In this document: piece after piece, positions 11,701-25,802 of the stretch
Numbering within the stretch: position 1 is the first letter of the stretch
Layout: the number at the start of each line of letters is the position of its first letter
Assembly: GCF_963921235.1 (NCBI RefSeq)
Contig: NC_086108.1
Span: forward strand, 87,608,001-87,672,000
Origin: Mobula hypostoma
Taxonomy: Eukaryota
Length of the DNA stretch: 64,000 nt
Reading direction: 5' to 3'
Notes under the pieces: model-generated
The model's database searches: none
What the model was told of the DNA's origin: nothing
What the model saw: the letters and a program-made list of their open reading frames with translations, nothing else
Program-made: the position numbers and the translations under genes

Positions 11701-12524
11701 TTCCTTGTGCAATTAATCAACAGTGATTCTCGAACACTTGAAACCTGTGCCCCTATAGCGAGAGAGTGGTGAATCTGTGGAAATCATTGCCACAGGTGGC
11801 TGTGGAGGCCATGTCATTGGGTATATTTAAAGCAGAGGCTGATGGGCATCAAAGGTTATGGGGTTGAGAGGGATAATATGTATCTCCCTCTACCCCGCTC
11901 ATGATTGAATGGCACAGCAGACTCGATGGGCCAAATGCCTAATTCTGCTCCTACATCTTATGGTATATAAAAGATTTTGAAGCATTCTTTGTAGTAATTA
12001 ACTATCAGTAATTCTTGAACTACTGGTTGAACAAAAATGGGTAATAGAAGTAAAATGTAAGGAGGCATAACCAAAATTTAAGTGGAGTGTTTTAAAAAAG
12101 ATATGGAAGGCTTCAGGTAAAATGCACTAGATCAGGACATTGGAAGTAATGGTAGGATAAAGATCAGATAACTCTGGGGAATTACGGGGCCTCTGAAAAT
12201 TATGGAGGGAGGGTGGGAACGCCATGAAGGGATAGAAATGCAAGGATGAGAATTTAAAACTGGGTGGCTTTAGAGGGCAACAGAGTACCACAGGCAGGAG
12301 TGATGGATGAGAAGGGCATAATGTAGGAGCGGACGTGGAAAGCAGAATGCTAAATAAAGAGTTCAACTTATCCTCTTGAAGTTTAAACACATCATTATAA
12401 ACAGCATGTTTCTCATATCAAGAAGCATTCTCACAGATTTGCAAAAATGACCCAAATTACATGGTTATTATTTATAACATATTTTCATGGCTGTATTATA
12501 TTCATCTGAATTTTAACAACGTAC

Positions 12525-12719
12525 CATTTCTGATGTCTCTCTCTGGTGTCACCATGACTGGATAATAGGACTCCACACACAGAGGGCACTGGAGCATTCG
12601 AAACTCCATAACAACATCACAAAGAGCGTGACGAAGGGCATTCTGAAGCTTTTCTGTGAGCTGCAGTAGACTAATATTCCCCTGTTCCCAGATGTCAAAA
12701 CGTACAAGAGTGCTCGGGT
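12525..12719 (-). CDS. SZT2: SZT2 exon (195 nt, 1-1) DPSTLVRFDIWEQGNISLLQLTEKLQNALRHALCD...IRNG
   Basis: tttcttag acceptor, ATG|gtacgt donor; resembles human LDVWEKGNISIVQLEEKL. Confidence 0.92.
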
Positions 12720-13293
12720 CTAAGAAAATTAAGCAGCGATTAGACACAGTTGTGCATTCAAATTATGGTCAGCTAGTTGCAGCTATATTCTGTAATATGC
12801 ACGTGGGCATTCATTTCTAGGGTTTCACTTACACCTATGGTTTGTTAGCTACATCTGGAAAGGGTTGTGAAATCACCTTTCTGCTCATGACACAAAAACA
12901 TCCATATATGTAAGATCAGGGATGAAACCTGCAAAGTACTATCTGTCCTCATGAGTTGCACTCTCCCATTGAGCTTCTTAGATAGTCAACGAAGCTAAGC
13001 ATGCTTATATCAAAGTCATTTGACAGCACTTGGGATCTTCTGGTTTTATATGGGTGTCCTGAACTTTCTTGGAACTACACAGGTGAAAGATACAAATTCT
13101 GAACAGAATCATCAGCTTTTACTCAAAAGAGCTGGGTCAATAAAGATTAAAAATAAATAATGGGACAAGCTGCTTAACCAGTTGACTGTACCTCATCTTT
13201 TAGAACAAATGACTTTCCAAAGACATTGGGAAACATTGCAACTTTGTTCATTTCATCTTCCACCGTCACTTAAAAGGACATATGAATTACTGT

Positions 13294-13518
13294 AACATAC
13301 ATCAAAGTTGCTGGTGAACGCAGCAGGCCAAGCAGCATCTATAGGAAGAGGTGCAGTCGACGTTTCAGGCCGAGACCCTTCGAAGGGTCCTGACGAAGGG
13401 TCTCGGCCTGAAACGTCGACTGCACCTCTTCCTATAGATGCTGCTTGGCCTGCTGCGTTCACCAGCAACTTTGATGTATGTTGCTTGAATTTCCAGCATC
13501 TGCAGAATTCCTGTTGTT
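13294..13518. mobile_element. Penelope pLTR-derived fold-back insertion: perfect 89-bp inverted arms plus 36-nt tail, 13-bp TSD
   Basis: Arms 13294-13382 and 13394-13482 are exact reverse complements; TSD TATGAATTACTGT at 13281-13293 and 13519-13531; intact hammerhead core on + at 13387-13421. Confidence 0.92.
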
Positions 13519-14059
13519 TATGAATTACTGTCATTGTTATGGCATCAAAATACCTAACCAACTGGTCTGAATGTAGGAAAATGGGATTAGTGTAGAGAGG
13601 CAAAATGTTTGTCACGATGGACACGATGGACCAGACGGCTCTCTTCCAAGCCATGCATTTCTATGACTATATGATAGCCTTGTAGGAACACATCCACCAC
13701 ATCATATTTGAAGATGAAAGCCTAACAATATTTTCAAGGTTAAAAAGGATAGATAGTAAATACAGTTGTATCCATTTCGTGGAGGCCCTGATTGGAACCT
13801 TTTTTTTCCAATACACATCTCCTTACTCTCATCCAATTGTTCCCAGTTATCATGAAATTTTGATACGTCTAAAACATTCAAATACTGTATAAAATGATGT
13901 TTTTACATGAACTGTATAGCCTCCTTCTTCCATTCAGCATAATGAAATCCTTTTCAACTACATCTAATGTATCAATTCAAAAAATAAACAACCTTGGATA
14001 ACATTAATGGTCCTGAGAACATTCTGAATCAAATATACTTCAAATGTTTGAAAATATAC

Positions 14060-14242
14060 CTGACGTATTCCCTTCAGAGCTGCTCTCATATCTGAGGACC
14101 TCTGTCAATTTACTGAAGTCTGCTTCCTGAAAGAGATCCATGCCAAAGAATAGTTTCGATGGGTCTGCTAGCTCCGGTTGCTGTGTTGTCAATGCAGAAT
14201 TTCCTTGTTGATCCACAATGGACAAGGCAATGCAGGCAATGC
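14060..14242 (-). CDS. SZT2: SZT2 exon (183 nt, 1-1) GIACIALSIVDQQG...ESSSEGNTS
   Basis: atcccag acceptor, CAG|gtatat donor; resembles human GVACITLAFVDEGG. Confidence 0.9.
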
Positions 14243-14889
14243 CTGGGATGAACACAGACAAAATAAAATGATTGCAAAACACTTTAGGAATCAGCATGAG
14301 ATTAACTTGACAAAAAGTGCAGCATCTGAAATTATGTTCTGGTTCACCAGACACTAATCCAAAGCATCTCTTTACGATGACACTGTCACCATGTTATTGG
14401 CATTTTGTTTTATGTATATAACTTGCTTAACCATTGAAATACATAATGCAACAGGAGCTCAAATTAAGAATTCTGAAGGCTAAGCTCCAGGAGAGATAAG
14501 CACCAACTGCAACAATATCTTGATGCAATGGGAGAATGATCAGTAAAAGGGTGAAAATAAAAAGCTGTTAAATAGAACACAGGAACTTCCTTTAAACCAC
14601 CTTCATCTCAAAAGTATTAACGCGTTTATCTCAGATCCATCCCTTAAAATTGGGAGTGAAATTGGTTGGGTTTAGGGATTATATATAATTTTTAATTTCC
14701 CCTTGATTCTAAATCAGCCAACCTGTGGTGGTGGGGATTTTTTTGGAAATTTTGGAAATTTATTTAAGTGGCTGCAAAATTCCATTAACTTCTTTCCTGC
14801 AAATATTCTAATTGTTTAAAATGTACTATAACTGGGGAGTATACACTTAGACAGTTTCCAATAAAATATAAGCTACAGTACAAATTCTA

Positions 14890-15440
14890 GACTTCTACAG
14901 AGCATTGAGGAACAAAGGAACAGTGTCCAAATCCAAATATCCTTGAAGGTAGCATCACAGGTAGATAATGTGTTTAAAAAGACAAAATGGAATGTTGGTC
15001 TTTGTGATTTGAGCAATGTGTACAAAAAAAAACAGAGATCATGCTCCATCTCTATAAAATATTAGTCAGACCTCAGTGAAGTACTGAATGCAGTTCTGAT
15101 CACTATATAATAGGAAGATGTCATAGCGCTGGAGTGGGTGCAGAGGAAATTTACTGGGATATTTGCCTGGGATGGTGATAATTTCAGTTATGAGGAGATA
15201 CTAGAGAGGTTAGGTCTATTTTGCCTGGAGTGGAGGAGGTTAAGAGGGATGCATTCGAGTATATAAAATAATAAGTATATTACAATAAACTTTTCACTAC
15301 ATTAGGGGGAGGTAAAACAAAGGGATATAGATTTGGGGTATGGAGGAGGAGGTTCCACGAGAATCCGAGGAGAATATTTTTGTTTAAATGCAAAAATCAT
15401 GAGCACATAGAGTACACTGCCTGGGAGAATGGTGGAAACT
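14890..15440 (+). mobile_element. CR1 LINE fragment, degenerate
   Basis: LYK.LVRPQ*.Y..QF*SL.YRK.VIALEWVQRKFT motif of the CR1 ORF2 C-terminus. Confidence 0.75.
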
Positions 15441-16899
15441 CAGTAAACGGAATACAGCAGGTCAAAGCAGCACTTCACTACCATCTTCTCTTGGGCTGCT
15501 TGAGATGCTGGCTTTACTAGTTAAATTCATATTTTCTGAATGTGATATCTTACACTGTTAAATTCCTAACGACATTAGCACTCAAGCCAGAACTGAGTTG
15601 TTTCATAAATCTCATTTGTGCCATGAAAACCTTAGTGTTAATTTAAACAATTACATAATTTATTTATAATATGCCTTTATGTCTCCCTTTCTGTAAGATC
15701 CTACAACACCAAACCTTGTTCAACTCAGCTGTTGCTAAGACACTGTAAATTCTTTAAAACTTACAGAACAATTATTACTTAATTGGCAGCCCACCTTCCA
15801 ATCTCCATAAACCTGAGCTCATGCAAAACTGTTAACTATCCCTAATAATATTTTGATTTATCCATTCATCACCCTAAACTGCATTAATTCCCAGACTTGT
15901 AAAACCTGAATTTTAGCATTCCCATCCTTGTGTTTATCCCAATTTTACTCACTCTATGTTCACTCTAGCCTCCTCCAAAATACCATATAAACATTACTTT
16001 CCACCCTAATCTCCTAAATTTGCTCAGAATAAAACTTTGGTTGCTACAACTGCTCTGCAGCAGTTTGGGATACCACTGTTAGGGGTGGTATGCAGCCACT
16101 CATTTAAAAGATCCCATATCAACAACTGAAACATGTGGTTTCTTGTGAAACCAATAATATTCATTAGTTATAGAGTAAATTAGTCTGTAATAATCCACTA
16201 CTTCTGTTATATTACAAATAATATTCACAACAATTTTCTGGTTCTAAAATATTAAGTAATAAATGACTACCAGATTAAGTCTATGTACAAATCAAACTTA
16301 TTGATGTACAACCATTACAATTGTAACAATACAAATAAATTCCCTGTGATCAATAATCTTGAAGATTGCCAAGAGTCTTCAGGTCACAGTAAACTGTTGA
16401 ACCCCTTATTCATAAAAGTCTGGGAGACTGCTTATCACTTGAAGAATACTCATACACATATCCTCCAGCCTTTCGCCAATTAGACTCAGAAGACAGCAAA
16501 GTCGCAGAAACAGCAACAACCAGATACAAAGATCAAACACATTTCTACACAAACTTCAATCTTCCATAAAGGAAAATACTACAGATGCTGAAAATATGAA
16601 ATAAAAGCAGAAATGCTATAAATGCTCCATACATCATGCACCATTTCTGGTGTGAAAGATTTAACAATTTTGTTAATGACTCATCATTGTACGTTTTATG
16701 TTCTCTTCATAGGAAAAGTAGTTGGTTTCTGCGCCAATCCCAAATGCACCATTTTATTAACCACTAACCAGCCTAAACTACACAGTGGGCATAATAACTG
16801 CAGGCACAGAAGAATTTCCTCACTTCTAAACACTAAACCAAATTGCAATTCAACTTTTATGCAAATCAGGCTATGGTTTCAATTCTTTTAAAAGATTTT

Positions 16900-17265
16900 T
16901 TTCCCCATAAAATGCTGCAAGCAATGAAATATGTATTCATTGTTGAAAACTAGTAGTCACATAGCCAGCTAATTAACGTACAGCAAGCTCCCAGAACCAA
17001 CAATATGATAACCAACAGATAACTTGCTTTCATAAATACTAATCAAGTAAATATTGTCTGGAGCACACCTGCTCTTTGTCAGAATTGTCCCAAACAAACA
17101 ACTCCTGAGCAGGTTAGAGTCTTTGATTAACATTTCATCCCCAAAACACCATCTCTGACAGGACAGCCTTCAATTAGTACTGTAAAGGTGTTTCTTTCAA
17201 GATCATTGTGTCCAACACCTTGGATTGGGTTATTGAATCAGAACTTTCTGAGTCTGAGCCAGCAC
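16900..17265 (-). mobile_element. Ancient Deu-domain SINE, degenerate
   Basis: taacatttcatccccaaaacaccatctctgacaggacagc...ttgaatcagaactttctgagtc is similar to 8720-9060. Confidence 0.5.
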
Positions 17266-17989
17266 ATTCAAATTCAGAAATCCTGAATTCATGCAATTCC
17301 ATTCATTTAATGACCTGCTAGATGGTAATGTTACTCATCGCACAAGCCATCATTTTAGAAATTGAAGTATGGTTTTATAAAGCAACAATAATATATAAAG
17401 AGGTGAGAAGGTAAAGTCATTATGAACCACAGTTATCACAATATGCGTTGTCAAGCAGTGTCTAATATTCTAATGTCAAACATGCAGCACAGAGCAACAG
17501 CAGAACATGCAGTATCAATAACACCCTCCCCTCAGAAGTTCACACACTGAAGTACTAATTGGCATGAAATCAAATGCTATTTTGTTCCAAAATAATAAGT
17601 CGTGGCGGTCAAACCCAAAATGGCAGTGAAATGGGATTGGGAGATTCAGAAAAGACAACCAACAACAAAAAAAAAAGCTGGGGAGAAGGGTTTTAAAAGC
17701 ACACGGCTGCATTTACAGAAGAAGAAATACCTTGGAACTGGGAGGGTGGAAATAGATGCTGCACAAGTTCCACCATGGTACCTACATCAATGAAAGAACA
17801 TTCAAAGATGGCTTTGTCACCTAGAACACCTTCAACATCAATTATTACTAAAAGCTCAACACAAACAAAATCTAAAATGACTAAATTAACTGGGAAGAAA
17901 AGGAACATGATAAGGGCTTCCTGAATGATACCACAGTTTGGCTTTAGAATGTGCTGAGTCCATGTGAAAAGACATTACTTTCTAGAAAG

Positions 17990-18310
17990 AGGCAGAGACA
18001 GTGGTCCATCAGGTAGTACTGATGCCTCAAAGCCCCAGTAACCTGGGTTCAATCCTGACTTCCTGCATGGAGTTTGTACATTCTTTCTGTGACCAAGTGG
18101 GTGGCATGGTCTCCTCCCCGGTTCCATCGACTGGTAAGTTAATTGGATACAGTAAATCATCTCTGGTATAGGTGGATGGTAAGAGAGTCAGAGGCAGGGT
18201 AGGGTACTGGGAAAAGAGAATAGGTTACAGGGAATAAGTGGGAGAAAAGCAGCTGATGGAATTACCATGAAAGCAGCATAAACCCGACAGACCAAATGTC
18301 CTCCTGCTGT
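17990..18310 (+). mobile_element. V-SINE (HE1-like tRNA-derived SINE)
   Basis: tRNA-like head (tgcctca...ctgggttcaatcctgac) followed by the V-domain catggagtttgtacattct...gtgacc. Confidence 0.65.
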
Positions 18311-19169
18311 GGTGCACAGAAATTTAACATTTGGGCCACTTGAAGAGCGAGGGAACAGAAAGAACTACAAACCCTCACACATTTAACTACTGATGAAATG
18401 CACAATTGGAACCCTATGCTGTTGACAGCACCCTTCAGTTTATTTGAAAGAGAATAGCAACATCTAGCATTTCAATCACTACTGCTTTACGAGAGGTTAG
18501 AGAGCTCTGTTAGCAGGACTTCACCCAATCTGGCAGTTCGGCTTGGGGCAGAAGACACTACAGGGAAGATGGGATACTACTACTATTTGTTGGAAAGCAA
18601 GGAAAAATACAATAAAAATGGAAGGGTTGAGACTATTTATTTTCCTCTTCATTCATTATGACGCTGCTTGAACCAAAAGAAAAAGAAAACCTTAATTCTT
18701 GAAATGTTGTTTTTGCAAGAGCCTCAAGAGAATATGTTCAACAATAAAGAAAGCGGTGTAGTGCAAGACTGATCTTACAAGCTGCTGAACTTCTGGCCTC
18801 AATCTTTATACTGTGACAGGGTACGTCAAACACAGCACAGAAAACTCACAATCTAAGTATTGTGTCTGGTGAGAATGCAATTTCTAGATGTCATTTCTGC
18901 ACTGTGGAAGCTTGACACTGGTTTAGAATCAGTCAAGGCAACCTTTCTGTGATTCTATGATGCCAAGCAAGGAGGCACAATAACTTGCGTGTCTGGAGGT
19001 AAAAAGTTTAGAAAGGGATGCAACTAAAGTGAATGAAAAAGACAAGGTGAGCCTCAATTACACCTACACCAGGTCTGATGAAGACTAACTGCGCAGATCT
19101 GATTTTAAAGCTACGAGCTGCAGCAGAGACAATAAGCCCATTACAAACAAAATAAACTAATAAAAAAAG

Positions 19170-19800
19170 ATTGTCAATACATACAAAAATGATTAATCTA
19201 ACAGTCGAATGGAATATTCAACTTGTCTAAGTAGGGTTGGAATACAAAACAGGGAAATGATGTTTCAGTTGTATAGTTTCTATCAAACACCATCTGGAAT
19301 ACTGCATTTGATTTTGGCAGTGAAACTCAGGCAAGTTAAATTTGCCCTTGAAGTGCGACAGGGCAAAATCACCAGATGAAAGTTGGCCTTAAAGGTAAGC
19401 TTTTAAAGAGTAATTGGAAAATTTTGGCTACTGTCCCTTAAGGTTTCCAAAGCTGAGGGATTAAAATGATAACACTCGTTCATAAGGTAGGTAGAAAGAA
19501 CTAATTTTCTCTGGTACAGAAATCCAGAACAGAACCAAACCCCACCCTACAATTAGACACTTAAGAGTGAAATTAGGAACTATGTTTTCACACAAAAGCT
19601 AGTGAAAATCTCAGACCCGCTTTCCAATAGAAGGGGTCAATTGTTTCGAGAGTAAGATTGACAGATAGTGTTTTTTTGTGGATATCAGTTTTAAGGAGTA
19701 TAGAACACCAATGGTGAGGTTAGTGTATAAATGGGGTATAAAAACATTATCCATAATCTAACTACATCACAGAATAAACAGTAGGGTTGACTGGCCTGCT
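19170..19800 (+). mobile_element. Old CR1 LINE 3' fragment
   Basis: gggttggaatacaaaacagggaaatgatgtttcagttgtat...catctggaatactgc, a CR1 ORF2 terminal motif. Confidence 0.6.
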
Positions 19801-20509
19801 CATGTTGAAAGAATGGGAACCGAATTCCCTCTTAAAAATACAAAATCAAATTAACTTATAAATACCCATGCCAAGTGCTATCTGTAGGTGGCCAAGGCTA
19901 GCACAAAACATGCAGTGAATTCTGCAAGAATTACCATTTTCCTCAAATAAAGGGTGCTGAACTACTGTGACAAGTATCTCAATAGTCATTTACAGTGGTA
20001 GACAAAGCAAGTGAAAGCAAAATGTGTTTTCACATAATCACTTGTAGTGGTGGCTGGCAAAAAAAATATAGCTTCTATTAGTAATTTTCAAAAAGCAAAC
20101 AGCACCATTATGATGCAGAAACAAGATTCTTTTTCACCAATTAGAAAATCCATAATGCTGTCAGCTCATTATTACCATGGGTGAGCAGTGTGTGGTTACC
20201 ATCACACAATTTATATCATAATGTAATGTTATTAAAATTAAGCTCTAGTTCACTCCCTTTAATTTCAACAAACATTGGCATGCAAAATTCATCCAATCAA
20301 CTACCTAATTCAGTTTCAGATTTCACTAAGGACATCTTAAATATGCTTGTGGTCAGCTATTTTTTCAACTAATTTGAATGCTGTAAAACTCTTTATCTGC
20401 CATTATTCAATCATGCAAGCATTTCTCACAATCTCACGGTCACGTTCCAAACCCAGCTCCAGCTTTCATATACTTCCCTTATTTTTCCCCACATTTGTGA
20501 GTTTTCATA

Positions 20510-21290
20510 TTCAGAATCAGATTTATTATCACTGGCATATGTTCTGAAATTTGTTAACTTAGCAGGAGCAGATCTATGCAATACCGTTCCTGAATCGCTG
20601 AGCATGTGCCTTCAGGCTTCTGTACCTCCTACTTGATGGAACAGTGCGAAAAGGGCATGTCCTGGGTGCTGGAGGTCCTTAATAATGATGCTGCCTTTCT
20701 GAGGCACTGCTCCTCGAAGATGTCCTGGGTACTTTGTAGGCTAGTACCCAAGATGGAGCTGACTAAATTTACAACCCTCTGCAGCTTCTTCAGGTCCTAT
20801 GCAGGTGCCCCTCCCCCCCATACCAGACAGTGATGTATAATGAAGTCGTATCGGTTTCATTTTCCTTCCTCATATCAGTCAAGATTCCATTTGCCTTGCA
20901 CCCTCCGAAAACTTAGTTCCCCTTAAACCCTCATGTGCAGCAGTCATTCCCTCAATCAGTCTCAGCAAGAGGGGTATAGGTAGGGTCAATGTGCACAGTT
21001 TTTTCCCCCCAGGATTGAGGAATCAGGAATAAGAGTGCATAGGTTTATGGTGAGAAGAGAGATTTAAAAGGAATCCAAAGGGCAACTTTTTCACCGAGAA
21101 GAAAATCAGTTGGCATGACAGAGGTTGAGGCAGATACATGAAAAAAATTTAAAAGGCACTTGGACAGGTACACAGAGCAGAAACATTTAGAGCGATCTGG
21201 GGCAAATAGGATGATCACAGATGGGAAACTTGGTTGGCATGGATCAGTTGGGCTGAAGGGCTGTTTCCATGCTGTACAACTCTATAGTAC
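20510..21290. mobile_element. Rex-type LINE fragment (minus, 20510-20830) and CR1 3' end (plus, 20970-21290)
   Basis: ttcagaatcagatttattatcactggc reverse tail; gggctgaagggctgtttccatgctgtacaactcta CR1 terminus. Confidence 0.65.
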
Positions 21291-21424
21291 CTTGTTCTCA
21301 CATGTCATTTTTATTACACCCAAGACTTTCATGTCTTCTCCCATCAGGGTAATAACAACCCCTGCTAGTATAAATTATTTTTCTGTTTTCAAAGCATACA
21401 TTATTTCCCCAGTCACAGCAATAT

Positions 21425-23820
21425 CAGAGAATGTAGAACAATAAACCACAAGAACAGGCCCATCGACCCACAATGTTGTGCCGAACTAAATAACATAGTA
21501 ATCCAATGGCCAACTAAACTAATCCCTTCTACCTACAAAATGTCCATACCTTTCCACTTCCCTCACATTCATGTGCCTATCTAAATATCTCTTGGAAGTC
21601 CCTAATGTATCGGCCTCTACCACCACCCCAGAGAGCGTATTCCAGGCACCTACCACTTTCTGTGTAAAAAACTAGACCCTCGCATCTCCTTTAAAATGAC
21701 CCTCTCTCACCTTAAATGCATGCCTTCTTGTATTGGACACTTCAACCCTGGGAGAGGGTACTGTCTGTCTACTCTATCTACGCCTCTCATCATCTTTAAT
21801 CCTCTATCAGATCTCCCCTCAGCCACCGCCGCTCCAGACAGAACCACCCAAATTTGACTAACCTCTTGTTATAGCACATGCCCTCTAAACCAGGCAGCAT
21901 TTTGCTAAACCTCTTTTGCACCCTCTGCAAAGCCCCAACATCGTTCCTAAAATGGGTGACCAGAACTATATGCGATATTCCAGATGTGGCCTAATTAGAG
22001 TTTTATAAAACTGCAATTTAACCTCCGGACTTTTGAACTCAATGCCTCAACTGCAAGCATGCAATATGCCTTCGTAACCACTCTCCTTGGACATTTTTCA
22101 AGCCTCCCTATTAAAGCCCCAAAAGATCTGTAACATACTCATGGCTTTTCAAAATTGAGGTCAAATCTCATAAGGACCACAGAGTTAAGCTTCCTGTCAG
22201 ATTTGGCTGTAAAAGTCCTCAATAAAATCTGTTCAGACAACATTATTGTTTTGAGAGATTTCAAACCAATTGGTATTCTGACCATAAACAGATAGACTGA
22301 ATGAAATTCATACTGATACAGCAATACAAAGCTGTTCCAGAGAACACGGAGCTGGATACCCTATACTGCACCACAAATGCTTGATGCAGGTACTGAGTGA
22401 CAACATTTGAAAATTGTTGCTCCTGCTGGCACTGACATCTTTGGCCTTTGACAATAAAAATAAATCCCTTCTTCAAACAAAAATTCCAAAATTTTGATTC
22501 AAATCCTAACTCCCACTTAGGGGAAAAAAAATTTAAGACCACAATGCGCAAGAGCAGAATTAGGCCATTCAGCCCATTTTATCATGGCCGATCTATTTCC
22601 CTCTCAACCTCATTTTTCTGCCTTTTCCTCATAACTTTACATACTTGGCTAATCAAGAGTCTATTAATCTCTGCCTTAAATGCACCTAGTGACCTGGCTT
22701 CCACAGCCACCTGTACAATGAATTCCACAGATTCACCACCCTCTGGCTAAAGAAACTCCTCCTCATCTCTGTTCTAAATGGACATCTCTCTATCCTGAGA
22801 CAATGCCCTCTGGTCCTAGACTCTCCCAGGAAAGGATACGTCCACTCTATCAGGGCCTTTCAACATTCAATAGGTTTCAATAAGACCCTCCCTCATTCTT
22901 CTAAATTCTATTGAGTATAGACCCCCAACCTTCAGTTATTGCTAATGACGCTTTCTTTCCCAGAATCATTCTCGTGAACCTACTCTGAAACTCTCTCCAA
23001 AGTCAGCACATCACTAAGGGGCCTAGAATTTTTTGCAATACTCCAAGTGAGGCCTCACCAGTGCCTTACACAGCCTCAACATTACATCCTTGCTTTTATA
23101 TTTTCATCCTCTTGAAATGAATGCTAACATTGCATTTGCCTTCCTCACCACCATTTCAAATTGGAAATTAACCTATAGGTAACCCTGCATAAGGACTCCC
23201 AAATCCCTCAGACTTTATGAATTTTCTCCCCATTTGGAAAATAGTCTATGCTTTTATTCCTTCTACCAAATTGGACGACCATACACTTCCCAATACTATT
23301 CTATATGCCACCTTCTATTCTCCCAATCTGTCTAAGTCTTTCTGCAGCTTCTCTGCTTCCTCAAAACTACCTACCCCTCCACCTATCATCACTATCGTCC
23401 ACAAACTTGGCCACAAGGTCATCAATTCCATCATCCAAATCATTGATATACAATGTAAAAAGAAACAGTCCTAACACAGACCCTTATAGTACACCACTAG
23501 ACTCTGGCAGTCAATCCAAAAAGAGTCCCTTTATTCCCACTCTTTGCCTCCTGCCAAACAGCCAACTTGCTTTAGCCACGCTAGTGTCTTTCCTGTAACA
23601 CCCTGGGCTCTTACCTTGTTTAGCAGCATCATGTGTGGCAGCCTATCAAAGGCCTTCCAAAAATCCAAGTACACAACATCCACCGATTTACCTTTGTCTA
23701 TCCTGCTTGTTACTTCTTCAAAGAATTCCAATAGATTTGTCAGTCAAGATTTTCCCTAAAGGAAACTATGCCGACTTTGGCCTATTTTGTCATGTGACCC
23801 CTAGCACCCCAAACCACATT
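21425..23820 (-). mobile_element. Two CR1 LINE fragments (21425-22085 and 22540-23820)
   Basis: Reverse CR1 3' ends; ORF 23531..23731 LEFFEEVTSRIDKGKSVDVVYLDFWKAFD (CR1 RT). Confidence 0.85.
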
Positions 23821-24929
23821 CTTTTATGTTGGCTTTGATAACCAAGCTTCTCAGGGTGAAAGATTTGCCCACTACAGTTCATTCTGCATACGTAAGGTCA
23901 ACCTGCTAGAATGTTACTATCCTCAAATACTGATTCTATTAAAACTAAATCAGATTATATTATAATGGAAGACAAATCTTTAGACTGCAATCTCTATTTA
24001 CGAATGATCGTGTCATTCTACTAGAGAAAACCTTTTGAATATACTGCCTTACTAAACATCAGTATGTACCTCTGATGCCAACCCCATCCCTTTTCAAAGT
24101 CTTGTACAAGGTCACATTCTTATCCTTAATATCACCACTACCTTTGTAAATAGCATACCAAGCATTTAAACTGTAGAACACAGCTAATCAACTATTGAAA
24201 TGTTTTCCCATTTCAATAACATCCTTATTGCTTTCCTCATAATGCATAATTCTCAAAATGCAGTATTAAAATCTCAGCATTAATATCTGCCCAGTTACTT
24301 TCTCTTCTCTAACAATGTTGCCACCTTTGCTTCTCACCTTCTAGTCAAATAGAAAATTTTCTGACCATAGGTGTGATGCTATGAAGAGGCATCCCTGAGA
24401 ATTATTAGAAGCTGTCATAGCTTGTAAAGCAGCATTTCTATGTCCAAATGAAGAGAGCTAATAACTTGTTAACTGATAGGAAACATGAAAAATCATCCCT
24501 CAAACATCTCAACCTATGCAGAAGGGTCTTGAGGTGTTACCCAAGTGGTTTTCTCAGTGGCACTGTACAATAAATTACCATTCTTGTTATAATTTTAGCA
24601 GTGAAGTTTATATGATTCCGCTCATATAGTCCCATGCAAATACATTTCAACCATCATCCAATCAGATATTATGTCAATAGAGAAATAATCACCTTATATC
24701 ATATTTTAATTACAACAATGAAGCTACATGCAAAATGGAAGGAAAAATAAGTATAAGATTACATTAAGATTTAGAGAAATAGATTCACATTATACTTATG
24801 ACAGAATAACCCATTTGTAAACTAATATTAATTATGATAAAATTTGAATGTGGATATATTTTTCCATTTTCAAGAATGTCCATTCTTATATTGATACACA
24901 TTTCACAAAGTGTTGAAGGAAAGTATTAC

Positions 24930-25011
24930 CTTTCCCACCAGTTCCTTGACCTCCCGGCTTATTGTAGAGGTAGATGTCAGCATCAGATACATTCTTTCCG
25001 TGAGTGTAATG
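24930..25011 (-). CDS. SZT2: SZT2 exon (82 nt, 0-1) HYTHGKNVSDADIYLYNKPGGQGTGGKG
   Basis: tttttgtag acceptor, AAG|gtaata donor. Confidence 0.94.
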
Positions 25012-25802
25012 CTACAAAAATAAAACAATTTTATGCCACCAAATCCAATCTCAGATCCATCCATCATAAAATATTCACCTCACCAAATCCACTGTAAAAC
25101 ATTCACCGCCATCCAATCTCTCTCATAATCCACAGGTGATAAAGAGAATGACAGCAGCAAGTACTCAGTGCATGAAGTATAAGAACTGAACATGGTGCGT
25201 GATATGATTTAATGTGTCAATGCTTCTGCGTGCATCAGAATACAATGATGCAGTAAGTTATTAAATCTAGGGAGCTCAATTCACTGCAGACTTTCCCATT
25301 ATGCAACATTAGCAAACTCGGCACATAAGATGATAAGATGACAACTAAGTAGATAAAATAACAACATAATTATAATCCTCCATGAAATTTTAGAGGCATG
25401 TCACTCAATAGACAAGTTTTGTTTCTGTGTGGGCAGTTCAAAGTTTCTGAAATTTAAAATGAAAACCAGTAGGCTTTTAAATCTCCCACTTGCTTCTGTT
25501 TATGATGCGGGATCTTTAATATATTATAATTAAAATTTTAGCCATGATTCTGCATCAGGCCGTCGCACAAATCTGTCTATTATGGGAACTGCACTTAAGT
25601 TACAATTTAATAGGAGCAAAAATGTAAAACATGGCATGCAGAATACATCAATCCAAGTGGATCTATTAGAAATCAGATAGAGATATTCGGCACCAGAAAC
25701 AGAACTGAAAAGCTGCAGGGGGTATGCATACAAAGATAGTTACAGCTGAAAAAAAAGTTTGCAATTTTCCACCAACCATTGCCTTCTCACCTAGAAAATT
25801 AC

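Noticed and set aside
17990..18060. tRNA-like A/B box sequence
   Set aside because: It is the head of a V-SINE; no cloverleaf
14243..24929. Largest intron (10.7 kb) as host of a nested gene or missing exons
   Set aside because: GGK|GIAC is contiguous in SZT2; I found only repeats and short non-homologous ORFs. A small ncRNA cannot be excluded without a covariance search.
25530..25733. Minus ORF between exons 25803-25967 and 24930-25011
   Set aside because: HHFQ|HYTH joins in phase and matches the remembered human spacing; no convincing splice-site pair
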